A DNA stretch of 64,000 nucleotides. Origin: a virus. Each line of letters opens with the position of its first letter. The first letter of the stretch is position 1. The position numbers were made by a program, and so were the translations under genes. Where the stretch lies: IMG/VR virus record IMGVR_UViG_3300006098_000001, one strand, 5' to 3'. Positions 49,173-57,969 of the stretch are shown here, in pieces. The notes beneath the pieces were generated by a model, which ran no database searches, was not told where the DNA came from, and worked only from the letters and a program-made list of their open reading frames with translations.

Positions 49173-49218
49173 GCCTCTCTTCCATAGTATAAAAATGCTA
49201 TGTCTTCCCAAGAGAGGC
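49173..49218 (+). promoter_or_regulatory. SD-sequestering hairpin
   Basis: GCCTCTCTT...(inner CATAG/CTATG)...AAGAGAGGC. The 3' arm contains the SD (AGAGAGG) of the gene starting at 49227. Confidence 0.5.
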
Positions 49219-49226
49219 AATTTATA

Positions 49227-49655
49227 ATGAAGACTTTCCAGGTTACTATTACTAATGAATGGTTTAACGCAAGCGAAGAATTAATTGCAGTTGTACAACA
49301 GCTATATGATTTACGTACAGCTTTACTTAAAACAAAATCATTGGAGGGCTACAAAGCTTACTGTAATTGCTACACTAAGATGAACGCTCTATTGCGCAAG
49401 ATAACTAAGACTGAAACAGCTAATGTGATGCTATGTAAGGTTGAACGTGGAATCTGTTGGATCTTAGAACTTGATTATCTTGAAGATGGCGATTCTCCAA
49501 TTGAAATCTATGGTTGGCCGTCTATAGAAGAATTAAACGAAGAAGGCTTAGATACTCTCAAGGGAGAAAATATTACAGTAGTTCGTCTAGATGAAGAACT
49601 AGAAGATAATGACGAAGAAGGTTTCATCGAAGAATTAGTGGACGAATTTAAATAA
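49227..49655 (+). CDS. hypothetical acidic protein
   Basis: ATG lies 9 nt after AGAGAGG. The C-terminus is acidic. Confidence 0.45.
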   Translation: MKTFQVTITNEWFNASEELIAVVQQLYDLRTALLKTKSLEGYKAYCNCYTKMNALLRKITKTETANVMLCKVERGICWILELDYLEDGDSPIEIYGWPSIEELNEEGLDTLKGENITVVRLDEELEDNDEEGFIEELVDEFK

Positions 49656-49675
49656 TAAGGTGGACTTTAATAAAT

Positions 49676-51040
49676 ATGATAGAAACAATCATTAATAACT
49701 TAAAAGCAATTATTGATGAAATTAGTGCGGAGAGCTCTAACAACAACAAAATTACTATCTTAAAGAAGAATGCGGATAATGAAGAATTCAAAAAACTATT
49801 AAAGTTTGTCTATGACGACTTTATTCGTACAGGGTTATCAGTAAAGACGTTGAACGAAACACCGAGATCAAGTGTTGCGACTACAGATTATACTGGTGAA
49901 TATACTCTTGAAGGTTTGATGAATTACGTAAGGGAACATAATACTGGGACCCTATCCACTGTATACTTGATTCAAGACTTTGCTTCATTATTTGATGATG
50001 ACACTAAGCAGTTTATCTATCAAATTTTTGGTAAAGAATTAAAGATCGGTATCACGGCCAAAACTATTAATAAAGCGCTAGGCAAAGGATTTATCCGTGA
50101 ATTTAGCGTTCAACTTGCGCATCCTTATCATAAGTATACAGAAAAGGTTCCAGGTAACGAATTTACCTTAACTCAGAAGTTGGACGGCCATAGATCTGTA
50201 TTTATTGTTAAGAATGGCAAGGGGCAATTCTATACTCGTAAAGGGTTGCCGATTAATGGATTAGAGATACAAACAGAACAAGCGTTAAAACTTGCTGATT
50301 CGCTTGGGAATCATGGCGCTGAGGATTATGTATTAGATGGAGAACTATTGTTATCTAATGATGAGAATATGGAAACAAAAGATTTATTCCGTGCCACCTC
50401 ACGTATATTACGTAGTGAGACTGCCGATAAGAGTAATATTCAATATAATGTCTTTGACGCCCTGTCCACAAAGGAATTCGAGGATGGTAAATCTGAAAAT
50501 ACATTTGACGATCGTAAAAGGTTCTTAACGATGGCTTTTAGCGACTTTGATTACAATGAACCACAATCAATTGATCATATTCATCTTGTTAAAGATTTAT
50601 ATGTAGGTTCTGATATTTCAATAATTAAGAAACTGCAACATGAATTCGTTGAACCAAATGGTTGGGAGGGGCTTATGCTAAATCTTAATAATGAATATTA
50701 TGTAACCAAGCGAACAAGTGGATTGCTTAAAATTAAGGAGTTCTTTGATGCCGACGTCTTGGTGAAGGATATATTCGAGGGGACCGGCAAGTTTAAAGGA
50801 ACCCTTGGCGGAATTGTTGTTGATTACAAAGGATATGATATTCGTGTCGGGTCTGGATTTACGGACGCTGATAGAGAATGTTATTGGAATAATCCAGATG
50901 AGATTATTGGCAAGATAGTTGATATTAGCTATTTTGAAGAAACACACAACCAGAAGAACGACGATATCAGTCTTCGTTTTCCCACATTTCTCTCAGTAAG
51001 ATTTGACAAGACACCTGCTGACATTTCATATGAGGTTTAG
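49676..51040 (+). CDS. ATP-dependent DNA ligase
   Basis: Adenylation motif I is KLDGHR (LTQKLDGHRSVF). Downstream, a motif IV-like DGELL and LLKIK are present. Confidence 0.75.
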   Translation: MIETIINNLKAIIDEISAESSNNNKITILKKNADNEEFKKLLKFVYDDFIRTGLSVKTLNETPRSSVATTDYTGEYTLEGLMNYVREHNTGTLSTVYLIQDFASLFDDDTKQFIYQIFGKELKIGITAKTINKALGKGFIREFSVQLAHPYHKYTEKVPGNEFTLTQKLDGHRSVFIVKNGKGQFYTRKGLPINGLEIQTEQALKLADSLGNHGAEDYVLDGELLLSNDENMETKDLFRATSRILRSETADKSNIQYNVFDALSTKEFEDGKSENTFDDRKRFLTMAFSDFDYNEPQSIDHIHLVKDLYVGSDISIIKKLQHEFVEPNGWEGLMLNLNNEYYVTKRTSGLLKIKEFFDADVLVKDIFEGTGKFKGTLGGIVVDYKGYDIRVGSGFTDADRECYWNNPDEIIGKIVDISYFEETHNQKNDDISLRFPTFLSVRFDKTPADISYEV

Positions 51041-51061
51041 AAGAAGCAAAAACTTTTTCAA

Positions 51062-51119
51062 AAAAAACGTTACTGATAGATGCAAATCTGTGACTTGCCT
51101 ATCTTGAATTTTATATAAT
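51062..51119 (+). promoter_or_regulatory. conserved phage promoter, copy 3
   Basis: A-tract, then GTTACTGATAGATGCAAATCTGTGAC. GTGACT is followed by an 18-nt spacer and TATAAT (51114-51119). Confidence 0.65.
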
Positions 51120-51123
51120 GACT

Positions 51124-51160
51124 GAGCATTGAGATATGAATTCTTAATGCTCTTTATTTT
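51124..51160 (+). terminator. promoter-proximal intrinsic terminator / attenuator
   Basis: GAGCATTGAG-atatgaatt-CTTAATGCTC followed by TTTATTTT. It begins about 5 nt after the -10. Confidence 0.55.
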
Positions 51161-51231
51161 ATGTTTAGTCACAACAAAAATACTAAAATAAATTAATTGC
51201 GACAGGAAAATTAATACATAGAACGAAAGGA

Positions 51232-51723
51232 ATGTCTTACATAGCGAAGAATAAAGCAGGAACATGGTTTGGACAAAAAATAGAAAAAGACGGTTATAAG
51301 TTCGATTCAATTAAAGAATATAACTTTTACGAAAACTTTGTTAAGCCGTCTGGATTAAAGTTCGAAGTGCATAAGGGATTTAAGTTGCATCCTATTATTG
51401 AACTGCAAAATGGTGATTTGAGACTTAGATCTAGTATTTATACACCAGACTTTGTTATCTATAACGAAGATGGCGGAATGAAGCATGTGATTGATATTAA
51501 GTCAGGATTTACTCAATTCGCTATTGATTCTGCTGCAGCATTAAGATTCAAGTTGTTTGCGGATAAATACAAAATCCCCGTTGAAGTTATTGTCCCAAGA
51601 GTTCATGACTTTCGAGTGAAGATCATGGGGACTACGAAGAAATTTGATCCACTTATTAGAGAAGATTTGACGTATAACACATCTGAATTAGTAAAGGAAG
51701 CTTTTTCGAATTTGAAGGACTGA
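51232..51723 (+). CDS. DUF1064-like nuclease (putative Holliday-junction resolvase)
   Basis: FDSIKEYNFYENF...IYTPDFVIY...HVIDIKS, a PD-(D/E)XK-like pattern. Confidence 0.45.
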   Translation: MSYIAKNKAGTWFGQKIEKDGYKFDSIKEYNFYENFVKPSGLKFEVHKGFKLHPIIELQNGDLRLRSSIYTPDFVIYNEDGGMKHVIDIKSGFTQFAIDSAAALRFKLFADKYKIPVEVIVPRVHDFRVKIMGTTKKFDPLIREDLTYNTSELVKEAFSNLKD

Positions 51724-51729
51724 ATTAGT

Positions 51730-52020
51730 ATGGTTTACAACATTTGGAACGATCCAGAAATTGAGATTGTTGAGGCAGCTATTAGCAGGTATATAGATAA
51801 TATTGACGATGAAGATATTATGTTAACCGTAAAAGCCTTAAAGGAACCATATCCTAAGGATATTGAAGGCTACGAAAACATTCGGGCTAAATTGCTGATT
51901 GAAATGCGGGACACCTATTTCATTGACATTGAGGATGTAAACAATCTCAATTATTTTAACGATAAATTAAAAGAAAGGTTGCTAAATAATGGCTTCAATT
52001 TGGGAAAAGACATTCGGTAA
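51730..52020 (+). CDS. hypothetical protein
   Basis: 96-aa ORF in the operon. Confidence 0.4.
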   Translation: MVYNIWNDPEIEIVEAAISRYIDNIDDEDIMLTVKALKEPYPKDIEGYENIRAKLLIEMRDTYFIDIEDVNNLNYFNDKLKERLLNNGFNLGKDIR

Positions 52021-52300
52021 ACGAAACGCTAAGAAAAACGTTACCCGAGAATTGTCTGAAAAGATTATTGAATACAAAAATGCCTATGGTTACGAAACAA
52101 TTGCAGAAGCAGTGGTTCAAGTAGGTAATTCATACGAATTTGCTAAAGATATGGACCATGCAGCTCCAATTTACGCAGTATGGAGAAGTGCCAAGGAACT
52201 AAATGTACTTGATGTGGCTGTTATGAGAGCCATCGTGCATCAAGATGAGTATGAAAGTGATTCTGACGATACTTCGGGCACTAGCTTAGCAATGGTGTAG
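51989..52300 (+). CDS. hypothetical protein
   Basis: ATG follows AAAGAAAGG. 103 aa. Confidence 0.4.
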   Translation: MASIWEKTFGKRNAKKNVTRELSEKIIEYKNAYGYETIAEAVVQVGNSYEFAKDMDHAAPIYAVWRSAKELNVLDVAVMRAIVHQDEYESDSDDTSGTSLAMV

Positions 52301-52332
52301 TTAGTAAAAGGTGGATTTTAACAGGAGGATAT

Positions 52333-53583
52333 ATGAAATTTATTGATTTTTTCGCCGGAATTGGTGGCTTCCATTCTGGTTTAGAAAATGCCGGTCATGA
52401 AATGGTCGGCTGGGTAGAGTGGGATAAATATGCCCGCAAATCATACAAAGCACTATACGATACAGAAGGGAAGTACACAGCTAGTGACATTAAATCAATT
52501 AAAACTGGAAAAGAGTTGCCAACAGCAGATCTCTGGGCATTCGGATCACCATGCACAAATATTAGCGTGGCTGGAAACCGAGTCGGACTCAAAGGAGAAC
52601 AATCAAGCATGTTCTTTGAGGTTATCAGACTCCTTAATGACCGATCATGGGAAGAGAAACCAGCCGTTCTCCTCATGGAAAATGTTAAAAACTTACTTTC
52701 TTCAAATCGAGGATGGGACTTTGCCACAGTCATCAATAAAATGGACGAAGCTGGGTATGATGTCGAATGGGAAGTGTTTAATTCCAGTTGGACTATCCCG
52801 CAAAACCGTGAACGAGTATACATTGTTGGACACAAACGCGGCATAGCATACACTCCCGTATTTCCAATTAGTAGACAAAATCTTGAAGCTAAACGTAAAT
52901 ATAATGTTTTACGAGATGTTCTTGAACGAGAGGTTGATGAAAAGTTCTACCTTTCCAAAGATAAAGTTGAACAATTGTTAGCTAACGATAAAAAATCCAC
53001 CTTTTCTAATGGCGGATATATTAAGGTCGTTGGAAATACTTCTGAATCGAAACATCATAGCGGAGATATTCTTGAAGATGCAGGATTATCAAAGACATTA
53101 ACTGCTACCGATTATAAACATCCAGTTAAAATCGCCACCGAAGTAAAGCAGGTTGGAAATATTAGTCATTCAACTAGCTTTGGAGGGAATCCTCAAACAG
53201 GACGTGTTTACGATGAGTTTGGATTATCCCCTACATTAAATACGATGCAGGGTGGTGGAAGAGAACCAAAAGTTTTAGTCGAACCATGTTTAACTCCTGA
53301 TAGAGTTAATAAACGGCAAAATGGACGGCGTTTTAAGAACAATGATGAACCAAGTTTCACGTTAACTGCGGCCGATCGTCATGGAATTTTGCTTAGTAAC
53401 GGTAAAACATATGTTATTAGAAAATTGACTCCACTTGAATGTTGGAGATTGCAAGGATTCACAGATGAACAATTTAACAAAGCAAAGGAAGCTGGAGTAA
53501 GTAATAGTCAGCTTTATAAGCAGGCGGGAAACGCTGTTACTATTCCAGTTGTAGAAGCAATTGGAGAAAAACTAAATGCTTAA
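52333..53583 (+). CDS. dcm: DNA (cytosine-5)-methyltransferase
   Basis: Motif I is FAGIGGF, IV is GSPC, VI is ENV, VIII is QNRERVYIVG and X is GNAVTIPV. Confidence 0.85.
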   Translation: MKFIDFFAGIGGFHSGLENAGHEMVGWVEWDKYARKSYKALYDTEGKYTASDIKSIKTGKELPTADLWAFGSPCTNISVAGNRVGLKGEQSSMFFEVIRLLNDRSWEEKPAVLLMENVKNLLSSNRGWDFATVINKMDEAGYDVEWEVFNSSWTIPQNRERVYIVGHKRGIAYTPVFPISRQNLEAKRKYNVLRDVLEREVDEKFYLSKDKVEQLLANDKKSTFSNGGYIKVVGNTSESKHHSGDILEDAGLSKTLTATDYKHPVKIATEVKQVGNISHSTSFGGNPQTGRVYDEFGLSPTLNTMQGGGREPKVLVEPCLTPDRVNKRQNGRRFKNNDEPSFTLTAADRHGILLSNGKTYVIRKLTPLECWRLQGFTDEQFNKAKEAGVSNSQLYKQAGNAVTIPVVEAIGEKLNA

Positions 53584-53836
53584 TTTCATAAAGAAAAACA
53601 AATATAAAATTATCATTTTACCTGCGGTTTTATTAGTTGGAATTTTCGTTGGCGGTTGCACTAATGGTGAGACAAAGGCAGATATTCAGGATATTCTCGA
53701 TGATGCTAGTTTTACCTCTAAAATTGTTGTAGATAAGGAAATAAGCGTTGAATACATTGTTGTTAAACGTGGAATTAATGTTTATGGAATTTCACCTCGT
53801 TTAAACAGTGATGGCAAACCTATTATTAAAAAATAA
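53576..53836 (+). CDS. small lipoprotein
   Basis: Signal sequence with a lipobox (LLVGIFVGG-C). Confidence 0.55.
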   Translation: MLNFIKKNKYKIIILPAVLLVGIFVGGCTNGETKADIQDILDDASFTSKIVVDKEISVEYIVVKRGINVYGISPRLNSDGKPIIKK

Positions 53837-53852
53837 GGAGAGAATTAATTAA

Positions 53853-53996
53853 ATGACAGGATTAAAAGCACAAATTAAGAAGTATTTACGTAGCAACGGA
53901 ATTAACATGATTACTAACGATCAAGGGCGTTCAATTCGTTTGGGTAATGCGAAAACACAAGATTTACTCAAGGTAGCAGTAAAGCATGGTTTCTAA
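53853..53996 (+). CDS. 47-aa HeH/SAP-like protein (below the ORF-track cutoff)
   Basis: SD AAGGAGAG plus ATG. MTGLKAQIKKYLRSNGIN...QDLLKVAVKHGF. Confidence 0.35.
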   Translation: MTGLKAQIKKYLRSNGINMITNDQGRSIRLGNAKTQDLLKVAVKHGF

Positions 53997-54222
53997 ATTA
54001 AAGAAAAAGTTTTCAACCCTACCAACCTGGTTTCAATACTATTTAATTATACTTTCTATATTTTTGGGCTTTGTACTTTTTATGTTTCTTCCAATATTTT
54101 TAGCAACCTTTTGTTTTTGTTCTGGACACTGGATTTGGGGATTGCTAACGGTGTTCTTTGTTGCTCTTCCTTCAATAACATTTATCACTGTTTGGACAAA
54201 TGAACACGATGGATGGTGGTAA
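53986..54222 (+). CDS. small membrane protein (2 TM)
   Basis: Hydrophobic 78-aa ORF. Confidence 0.4.
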   Translation: MVSKLKKKFSTLPTWFQYYLIILSIFLGFVLFMFLPIFLATFCFCSGHWIWGLLTVFFVALPSITFITVWTNEHDGWW

Positions 54223-54488
54223 CAATCGAGACATTAGTTAAAGAAAAGGAAGTTAAAAGCGCCCAGACTATAACGGCGTTGGGCTGTACTTATTGCCAGG
54301 AACCTTACAAGAAAATGTGGCTATTTGACGGTTTGATTTACTTGCAAATTGAACATGCCGATGGTCTGCATTACTTAAATGTAGTACCTAATGGTGATTC
54401 AGAAGATGTGGGGTTCTTGTATAATCTTTGCGCTAGTCAAGAAATACATTTTTGTCCAATGTGCGGAGAAGGATTTAAGGAGGAATAA
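54213..54488 (+). CDS. zinc-ribbon protein (paralog 1)
   Basis: CTYCQ ... CPMCG. Confidence 0.45.
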   Translation: MVVTIETLVKEKEVKSAQTITALGCTYCQEPYKKMWLFDGLIYLQIEHADGLHYLNVVPNGDSEDVGFLYNLCASQEIHFCPMCGEGFKEE

Positions 54489-54694
54489 TGAAATTAACTG
54501 AAAAGCAAAAGAATTGTCCGTACTGTCAGGAACCTAAGATGACCTTTATTGGAGAAGATGGAGTTCTTTATCAAGTTAGTGAAGATGTCTTCACAACACC
54601 AAAGCTAATTACGATAACCAATGGTCAAACTCACATTGTTAAGATTGAATATTGTCCAATGTGCGGTCGTTCTCTGAAAGAGGAGGAAAAATAA
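54488..54694 (+). CDS. zinc-ribbon protein (paralog 2)
   Basis: CPYCQ ... CPMCG. Coupled start (ATGA). Confidence 0.45.
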   Translation: MKLTEKQKNCPYCQEPKMTFIGEDGVLYQVSEDVFTTPKLITITNGQTHIVKIEYCPMCGRSLKEEEK

Positions 54695-54897
54695 TGAACA
54701 TCTATGAAGTCATGCGCTCTAAGGGATTACATTTTGGTAGCCATATTGTGATAGCTAAGAACGAGGAAAACGCTAAAAGATTGGTTGCAGATATGCTAAA
54801 TGAAACTCAAACTGCTATTTTTTATAAGCCTAGTGAGTTTGTAGTTAGTGGTCCAATTGATCCCGACAATTACTTCGAAGAGACGGTGATCGCTTAA
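54694..54897 (+). CDS. hypothetical protein
   Basis: ATG 54694 follows GAGGAGGAAAA. Confidence 0.4.
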   Translation: MNIYEVMRSKGLHFGSHIVIAKNEENAKRLVADMLNETQTAIFYKPSEFVVSGPIDPDNYFEETVIA

Positions 54898-55157
54898 TGC
54901 TACATAAATACACAAAGATAACGGCTATTGAAGCTGAGCAGTTTGATGGTTCGGATGAAATGATGAATAAATATTGTATTACTGATGATGGCTGGGGAGA
55001 AACGTTCACTTTTCGGAAAGATAATAATTGTCTACCACTAAAGCGTGGCTGGTGGATTATTAATCTTGGAAAGATTACCGTGTTTGATGTGACATTCACC
55101 GATTGGAGAACTATGAGTGATGAAAAATTTCGTAGAACTTACAAGAGGTGTGATTAA
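54897..55157 (+). CDS. hypothetical protein
   Basis: Coupled start. 86 aa. Confidence 0.4.
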   Translation: MLHKYTKITAIEAEQFDGSDEMMNKYCITDDGWGETFTFRKDNNCLPLKRGWWIINLGKITVFDVTFTDWRTMSDEKFRRTYKRCD

Positions 55158-55387
55158 TGAGTAGTAGCAGAGCGAGAAATCATCAAGATTTAGTATGGGA
55201 AGCCCAGCATTTCAAACACTCTCATAGAAGATACGTTAAGCACTTCATAATTCGCTCGTATCATTCAAGAACACGATGGCGTCAATTAAGGAGAGAATGT
55301 CATATGAATATTTTCTCTTACCTATATCTTCATGCTACTCGTATTAAATCAACACCTAGAGGAAAGTGGAGTGACAATAATGAATAA
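55157..55387 (+). CDS. very basic small protein (hypothetical)
   Basis: ATG lies 6 nt after AGAGGTG. Arg/His-rich. Confidence 0.3.
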   Translation: MSSSRARNHQDLVWEAQHFKHSHRRYVKHFIIRSYHSRTRWRQLRRECHMNIFSYLYLHATRIKSTPRGKWSDNNE

Positions 55388-55586
55388 ATGGGAAATATTC
55401 ATGCAAGGATTTTTCTCAGCGTTTAATTCTTATGCGTTATTTATATCTGTATTTGGCGATTATAGAGTAAAGCTTATCACTGGAGCTGAGTGGGTATTAT
55501 CTGAACATCCTGGTTGGAAATTTGCTCTAGTATCACTTTTCTTGGTTGGATTAGTTTGTTCAATTTACAGTGTACGGAAAGGGTAG
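55380..55586 (+). CDS. small membrane protein
   Basis: ATG follows GGAAAGTGGAG. Two TM segments. Confidence 0.4.
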   Translation: MNKWEIFMQGFFSAFNSYALFISVFGDYRVKLITGAEWVLSEHPGWKFALVSLFLVGLVCSIYSVRKG

Positions 55587-55596
55587 GAAAGACTGA

Positions 55597-56490
55597 ATGA
55601 GTAAAGAAAAATGTCCATACTGTCATTTTGTTGACATTAACGATCCCGATAGCGATCCATTAGATACCATTATCAGCTCAGGTAACGACATAGAACTATT
55701 TATGCGACCCAATCGAACATTTGAAGCTATTCTTAACTGTTATGACGGAGTTGATGGAGATTATAGTTTCGCATACAAGATTCCTGACACACTTAATTAT
55801 TGTTATCACTGTGGCCGTCGCCTAGATGGGAAAGAGGGTATAGACTGGAACGATTTATTAATAAAGATTGGATTCACATTATCATTACTTCTCGTCCCTA
55901 TTAGCATAACTTTAGCAGTTACAGTTAGTCCAAACTTCTTATGCGGAGTTATGTTGGGTATTATTTTGCCAGTCATTTCTATTGTTTTCGGATTAGGAGC
56001 TTATGTTTATTCCGTTAAGGTTTCACGTGATGATTTCGGACAAGCTTTGAAAGCTACCGCTTGCGTTATTGATGGTAAAGAGAAAGTTATTTTTAAGGCG
56101 CCTCATTCAAAAAAAGAAGCGTTCAAGCGTTCTCCTCATGGGGCGGTATCAATCCATGGTAAATCTGGGGAATATCATATGATTGAAAATTTGACTATGG
56201 AAGAAGCAGCTAGAAAATATAATATCAAAAAAGATACGGTACGGTGGAGATATTTACATGGCAAAAGAGGTTGGGACTTAGTTGATCATCATGATAGTTC
56301 TAAGGTATATGTGTTCATTGATGGTGAAGAAATGACTCTTAAAGAGATTAGTGAAGCCTACAATATCCCTATAACAACTCTATATCATTGGCGGAAACAC
56401 AAAAAAGATAGATGTGAGTTTGAAACGAAAGTACATAATTATAAGGAGGAACAAAGCATTGAGCACGAACAAGAGCTTCAACTATCCTGA
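55597..56490 (+). CDS. zinc-ribbon / multi-TM / double-HTH protein
   Basis: CPYCHF...CYHCGRRL, then about 3 TM segments, then two HTH-like repeats (EEAARKYNIKKDTVRWRY and LKEISEAYNIPITTLYHWRK). Confidence 0.45.
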   Translation: MSKEKCPYCHFVDINDPDSDPLDTIISSGNDIELFMRPNRTFEAILNCYDGVDGDYSFAYKIPDTLNYCYHCGRRLDGKEGIDWNDLLIKIGFTLSLLLVPISITLAVTVSPNFLCGVMLGIILPVISIVFGLGAYVYSVKVSRDDFGQALKATACVIDGKEKVIFKAPHSKKEAFKRSPHGAVSIHGKSGEYHMIENLTMEEAARKYNIKKDTVRWRYLHGKRGWDLVDHHDSSKVYVFIDGEEMTLKEISEAYNIPITTLYHWRKHKKDRCEFETKVHNYKEEQSIEHEQELQLS

Positions 56491-57613
56491 TAACGAATTA
56501 TATCAATTTGTTCAGGAAGAATTACATAAACGAGGTATTACAGCATATTCTATTGGTGAGATTGCATACGAAATGCAGCATGATTATTTGCCAGATTATG
56601 AAATTAGCGATTTTGCGGAACAATTCAGCGAAGTTCTTAAGAAGCGTGAGGTATTAAATCTTCTTGCATTTGCATTTGAACTAGACAATCTTGCTAATAA
56701 ACGTATGTTTAGTGAACCAATTCAAAATATTATTGAAAATGATGCTGGCTTCTGGCAGATTGATGAAATTTTAGCTTCATCCTTGGCACAATTATTCGGC
56801 ATGCTTGCGATTACGAATTACGGATACCTTGACAAAAATAAAGTAGGAATTGCAAGACGACTTGATGAGGAGGACAGTATTACTGTATTTTCAGACGATA
56901 TTGTTTCTGCTCTTGCTTCGGCAGTAATTGGTCGCTGTGGTCATGGTTCCAAGCTGGAACTTGATGACAATACTGTAGAAGATAAACAAATTAATGATGA
57001 ATTTAAAGAACTCAAGTTTGTGGTAAACGGTAAAGAAGTTGAACCCCAAGGCGATCTACGTTATTTTGCGAAGCCTATTAAGAGTGATCGTAAATTACCT
57101 AATTGGGATCTAAATAAGTTTGCAAATGATTTAGGAAAAGCAATTAATAATTCACGATCACTCGCTGATAGCTTAGAAGAAGAATTCAGTCACGATTATT
57201 ATGTCAACCTGAGTGTAGACATGGACGACGAATTTACTTGGCAACTAGCTATTGACCTATTAGATAATCAAATGGAATTAGTCGATGTAATTTTCGTCGA
57301 TTTGGAATACTTCCTTGATTACGTATATCTCGAAGTTGATCCGCCTAGTGAGTTTGTTGATACAGCGCAAATGATTGCTCAATTCGTATTTGAACACGAT
57401 CTTTATCCATATCCAGAGGACAGTAACGATTTAGAAGAAGCAGATGACGAAGACGATGAACTCGATATGAGTGAAATGACCAAGGCACTTGCTGCAATTA
57501 CCCCATTATTCATGGAACACTTCAACTCATTGATAAAGTCTGGATCACTAGACAGTCTAATTGATATATTGAGTGACAAAGAAGATAATCGAAAGGATGA
57601 TGCTAATGAATAA
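56459..57613 (+). CDS. PgpA/YutG (LtrC)-like domain protein with a long acidic C-terminal extension
   Basis: TTG follows AGGAGG. The N-terminal ~160 aa resembles B. subtilis YutG as recalled from memory (KREVLN...SEPIQNIIENDAGFWQIDEILASSLAQLFGMLAITNYGYLDKNKVGIARRL...SDDIVSALASAVIG). Confidence 0.5.
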   Translation: MSTNKSFNYPDNELYQFVQEELHKRGITAYSIGEIAYEMQHDYLPDYEISDFAEQFSEVLKKREVLNLLAFAFELDNLANKRMFSEPIQNIIENDAGFWQIDEILASSLAQLFGMLAITNYGYLDKNKVGIARRLDEEDSITVFSDDIVSALASAVIGRCGHGSKLELDDNTVEDKQINDEFKELKFVVNGKEVEPQGDLRYFAKPIKSDRKLPNWDLNKFANDLGKAINNSRSLADSLEEEFSHDYYVNLSVDMDDEFTWQLAIDLLDNQMELVDVIFVDLEYFLDYVYLEVDPPSEFVDTAQMIAQFVFEHDLYPYPEDSNDLEEADDEDDELDMSEMTKALAAITPLFMEHFNSLIKSGSLDSLIDILSDKEDNRKDDANE

Positions 57614-57968
57614 CGAAACACAAGAAAACATTGATATGAAATTGAGCCCAGATAATATTTACGGCTACATTTTTACAACCCAGGGCTATTCAGAAGATCA
57701 AGACGACAAACGTAAGAAACCGTTATTCTTCTGGAAAGGATTCCATATGTATCCACTTGTTGTGCAAAATCCAGAAGACTATGATTTTGAAGATCCAGAT
57801 TTTGATGCAACGGAATTGGAATTTTTGGTTTGTACAGAAGGCGGAGACCAAGATAACTATGAGTATGTTGAAATGAATGCAACAGAACTGCGTGATTTCT
57901 TACGTGCGCATCCAGCATTCCGTATGTTCCCAGCAGCAGACTTATTTGAAGAATTACACGTGATTTAA
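57606..57968 (+). CDS. hypothetical acidic protein
   Basis: ATG overlaps the upstream stop (ATGAATAA). Confidence 0.4.
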   Translation: MNNETQENIDMKLSPDNIYGYIFTTQGYSEDQDDKRKKPLFFWKGFHMYPLVVQNPEDYDFEDPDFDATELEFLVCTEGGDQDNYEYVEMNATELRDFLRAHPAFRMFPAADLFEELHVI

Positions 57969-57969
57969 T

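Noticed and set aside
51026-51310. 94-aa minus-strand ORF spanning the ligase/DUF1064 intergenic region.
   Set aside because: It covers the conserved + strand promoter and terminator, is low-complexity and hydrophobic from AT-rich sequence, and has no SD.
52430-52846. 138-aa + strand ORF in another frame of the methyltransferase gene.
   Set aside because: The annotated frame contains all C5-MTase motifs. The overlapping frame has no SD and no recognisable features.
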